A DNA stretch of 64,000 bases from an uncultured delta proteobacterium (GTDB taxonomy: Bacteria; Desulfobacterota; Binatia; Binatales; Binataceae): positions 2,752,001 to 2,816,000 of the forward strand of contig CAWJET010000001.1 of the NCBI GenBank assembly GCA_963842085.1, in the 5' to 3' direction. Below are positions 61,136 to 64,000 of this stretch, piece after piece (position 1 is the stretch's first letter; each line of letters starts with the position of its first letter). Position numbers and translations under genes: made by a program. The notes under the pieces were generated by a model that saw only the letters and a program-made list of their open reading frames with translations, was not told where the DNA came from and did not search any database.

Positions 61136-61942
61136 TCAGGCGCGCGGGGCGAAGCGCGGCTTGCGCTTCTCCAGGAACGCGCGGGCCCCTTCCTCGATGT
61201 AGCCGGCGCGAACGCAGAGCACCTGGTTGCGATCCTCGATGGCGAGCGCCTGCTCCAGGCTGCCGGCGTCGATGCTCATCGAGAGGCATTCCTTCGTCAG
61301 GCGCAGCCCCAACGGCGAAGTTTCCGTCATCTCGAGCGCCAGCTTGGCCGCCGTCGCCTCGAGCTCCGCATCCGGCACCAATTCCGAAACCAGGCCCGTG
61401 GCGAATGCGCGCTGCGCATTGATGAACCGTCCCGTCAGCATCAGCTCGGACGCAACCGAGCTGCCCACTGCCCGCGGCAGAAAATAGCTGACGCCCATGT
61501 CGCACGCGCTCAGCCCGATGCGGATGAATGCGGCGTTGAAGCGGGCCGACTCACCTGCGATGCGCACGTCGCAGGCGAGCGCCAGTGCAAAGCCGCCGCC
61601 CGCCGCGGGTCCGCGGACCGCCGCGATGAACGGCTGCGGTGCGCGGCGAATCGCGACGACCAGCTCGCTCATCCGGCGCTGGCTTTCCACGGTGTCGGTG
61701 GTTGAAGCGCCCAAACCGGTACCGCCGCGGTTCTGTTCCTTGAGATCGAGCCCGGCGCAAAAAGCGCGTCCCGCACCCTTCATCACGACCACGCGCGTCT
61801 CAGTCTGTGTCGGCAGCCCATGCAGGAAGTCCTCGAGCTCGGCGACCATCTGCGCGCTGAGCGCGTTGAGATTGTGCGGACGGTTAAGTGTCAGCCACAC
61901 CACTGCGCCGTCTCTTTTGATTTCAATATCTTGATATGTCAT
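61136..61942 (-). CDS. Enoyl-CoA hydratase/isomerase family protein
   Basis: LTLNRP..LNAL, GRAFCAGLDL, GPAAGGG..LALACD, AFLEKRKP.F. Confidence 0.93.
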   Translation of the reverse strand: MTYQDIEIKRDGAVVWLTLNRPHNLNALSAQMVAELEDFLHGLPTQTETRVVVMKGAGRAFCAGLDLKEQNRGGTGLGASTTDTVESQRRMSELVVAIRRAPQPFIAAVRGPAAGGGFALALACDVRIAGESARFNAAFIRIGLSACDMGVSYFLPRAVGSSVASELMLTGRFINAQRAFATGLVSELVPDAELEATAAKLALEMTETSPLGLRLTKECLSMSIDAGSLEQALAIEDRNQVLCVRAGYIEEGARAFLEKRKPRFAPRA

Positions 61943-62068
61943 CGCAAGTCGGCTCCTTGACGCGCGGCATTCTTTTCTTTTGCCCGTCTTTCGCAAACCA
62001 TAACGCAACATGACGCACATTCGCCAAGCCTCTCAACCTCTGACAGGCGTGAATGGTCAGTATTGACT

Positions 62069-62085
62069 TAACCGTGGCACGGTTA
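62069..62085. promoter_or_regulatory. Palindromic operator candidate next to a -35-like TTGACT
   Basis: TAACCGTG-G-CACGGTTA perfect 8-1-8 inverted repeat directly after TTGACT (62063-62068). Confidence 0.5.
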
Positions 62086-62178
62086 GAGGCTGAATATTGG
62101 GCTTTTGTGCGACATCGAGCGATACGGCTCGTTTAAGGGGGAACCGGTAAAATCTCCCCGCGGGGAGGTTGGACTACA

Positions 62179-62424
62179 ATGGCGTCCTCAATGGCATCCT
62201 CGGAAGAAATCCTCACCATCTCGGAGTTGTCGGAGCATCTGCGCGTCCATCCGACTACGATTTACCGGTTGCTCCGCGAAGGACGAATACCCGGCTTCCG
62301 CGTCGGCAGCGCGTGGCGATTCAGCCGTGCGGCGATCGAAATATGGGAGCACGGGCAAATCGATCCAATCGACGAAGATTCCGCGCGCACGCGCAAAGCC
62401 AAAGGCCGCAAGCCTCGCAAGTAG
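62179..62424 (+). CDS. HTH_17 (excisionase/BldC-like) small DNA-binding protein, paralogue of 28562-28783
   Basis: LTISELSEHLRVHPTTIYRLLREGRIPGFRVGSAWRF; GGAGG RBS; basic tail. Confidence 0.88.
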   Translation: MASSMASSEEILTISELSEHLRVHPTTIYRLLREGRIPGFRVGSAWRFSRAAIEIWEHGQIDPIDEDSARTRKAKGRKPRK

Positions 62425-62471
62425 CCCGCGCAGTATTCACGGCGCGCTTGTTTTTCTGTCATTCTCGACAG

Positions 62472-63287
62472 GTGGACTCCAACGAAGGCGAGCCCGCGCG
62501 GCATCGCCCACATTCACAAATAGCAGCGTACTTCGTCCGTTTAGCCGACACTTACGGTGACGGCGCATACTACGGAAATCGGCGGCGCGCAGTGCTCGAG
62601 TCGATCGCGGGCGAAGTGGCGCAGGCGCGCGACGTGCTCGACGTCGGATGCGGCAACGGCGCGTATCTCGCGAACTTTGCGCAGGTGCCTGGAAATCGCC
62701 GGGTGACCGGCGCCGACATGTCAATCGACATGCTGTTGTCAGCGCGCAATCGGGTCGGTGCGAAATGCCGCCTGCTCCGCGCGGACGCGTCGCGACTGCC
62801 GTTCAAGCCGGAGTCGTTCGATTTGGTCTTCGCGAGCCACGTGCTTCAGTTCGTTGCCGATACCGATCTCGATGGCGTCGTGGCGGAGATCGCGCGATGC
62901 CTGCAGCATCCCGGGGTGCTAATCGCGACCGGGCAGCGTGACGACAGCGTTCGGCAGATGCTGAGCGCGATCGTCGGGCCGGAGCGCTGGCGCGAATATC
63001 GCGAGGTAATCTTCCGGCGCGCGCCGCGCCGCGAAGCCGATGCGCGTCCCAAGGATCGCTACCAGCAGGCGTTCGCCAAGGCCGGTCTGCGCGTCGAGGA
63101 ACGTGCCGCGCGGTTTACGGTCACGTGGCCGGATATCGCAGAGTGGATCCGGCTCAGATGGATCGCACTGATCCCCGACGCCGAGCGTGATCGGGCCGAT
63201 GCGATGCTGGTGGAACTCGCGAAGGCGGGTGCGCCGCGGAGTTTGACCCTGCACGAGCCGCTGATCCTCGGCCGGCGGGATAGCTGA
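62472..63287 (+). CDS. Class I SAM-dependent methyltransferase
   Basis: VLDVGCGNG, GADMS..ML, RADASRLPF..ESFDLV; start codon uncertain. Confidence 0.85.
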   Translation: MDSNEGEPARHRPHSQIAAYFVRLADTYGDGAYYGNRRRAVLESIAGEVAQARDVLDVGCGNGAYLANFAQVPGNRRVTGADMSIDMLLSARNRVGAKCRLLRADASRLPFKPESFDLVFASHVLQFVADTDLDGVVAEIARCLQHPGVLIATGQRDDSVRQMLSAIVGPERWREYREVIFRRAPRREADARPKDRYQQAFAKAGLRVEERAARFTVTWPDIAEWIRLRWIALIPDAERDRADAMLVELAKAGAPRSLTLHEPLILGRRDS

Positions 63288-63364
63288 GCGCGCGGCCGTT
63301 TGACAAGCGCGCGGTCAACCTAATACCTAACCCTCAAAAGCACATGGCGGAGAGTTTCGCGCCG

Positions 63365-64000
63365 ATGCCAACGCAAACGAAATACACCGAGGTTAAGGGA
63401 TACGCGACTTACTATTACTACAGCGGCGCGACGACGCTGCCGGACGTGGTGCCGGACTTCTCGCGCGGCCGCAAAATTTTGTTCGTCCACGGCGCGGGCT
63501 CGAACGGCCACACGTGGCATCGGCAGATCGACGCGTTCGGCGGCAAGCACAGTCCGATCGCGCTCGACCTGCCCGGGCATGGCCGTTCGGCGGGCGTCGA
63601 GGGGCTGCGCACGGTTCACGACTACGCCGATTTCGTCGCCGCGTTTCTCGATGCGCTGAAGATCAAGTCGGCGGTGATACTGGGGCACTCGATGGGCGGC
63701 GCGATCGCGATGGATCTCGCGCTGCGGCATGCCGCGCGCGTCGAGGCCCTGATTCTCAGTTGCACGGCGGCGAAGTTTAACCTCACGCCCGATCGAATCG
63801 AGGCGCTGCGGGCGATCACGATGGGCCGTGCGCCGCAGGCCTTCAACACCGACGGCTACTCGCCCAAGACGGTGAAAGAAAACTTCGACGTCGTGCGCGA
63901 AGGCTGGATGGAGCAAATCAAGACCGACCCGCGCGTGCGCTATACCGACATCCTGGCGTGCTCGCAGGTCGATTTGCGCGACGCAATCGCGAAAATCGAC
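63365..64000 (+). CDS. Alpha/beta hydrolase (runs off the window end)
   Basis: Manual translation MPTQTKYTEVKG...LFVHGAGSNG..W, ALDLPGHGRS, GHSMGG. Confidence 0.9.
   Translation, partial: MPTQTKYTEVKGYATYYYYSGATTLPDVVPDFSRGRKILFVHGAGSNGHTWHRQIDAFGGKHSPIALDLPGHGRSAGVEGLRTVHDYADFVAAFLDALKIKSAVILGHSMGGAIAMDLALRHAARVEALILSCTAAKFNLTPDRIEALRAITMGRAPQAFNTDGYSPKTVKENFDVVREGWMEQIKTDPRVRYTDILACSQVDLRDAIAKID

Noticed and set aside
62075-62091. Sigma54 promoter at TGGCACGGTTAGAGGC
   Set aside because: GG to GC spacing is 11 and not 10, and there is no TTGC; better explained as part of a palindrome.

Overview
High-GC chromosomal window from a diderm bacterium. The gene mix (several luciferase-like/F420 oxidoreductases, WS/DGAT, stand-alone HTH_17 regulators, deltaproteobacterial-type core genes) resembles Binatota/Desulfobacterota, but that is inference only. 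It holds housekeeping genes (mltG, ruvX, argJ, secA, murI, engB, cinA, pgpA, cysQ, glnA, gltA), a MoxR-DUF58-VWA operon, transporters and hydrolases. I saw no rRNA, tRNA, CRISPR array, integrase or transposase. The most striking signal is two integrase-free toxin-antitoxin insertions that each sit beside a duplicated part of a housekeeping gene. (i) A 721-bp BrnT/BrnA-like islet lies between murI and an orphan murI 3' end that encodes the same peptide with synonymous recoding. (ii) WS/DGAT plus a DUF6516/HTH pair lie between ruvX and decayed ruvX remnants next to mltG. Both duplications begin at the same octamer, GTCACCGA. Other leads: a 2TM-sensor kinase / sigma54 regulator / methyltransferase / PspA locus with its own -24/-12 promoter and a candidate enhancer; a PyrF paralogue lacking phosphate-binding residues; a spore-photoproduct-lyase-like radical SAM enzyme missing the Cys/Tyr relay, in an operon with a GT2; and a nitrosocyanin-like cupredoxin. 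All family assignments come from motif recognition by eye, not database searches.
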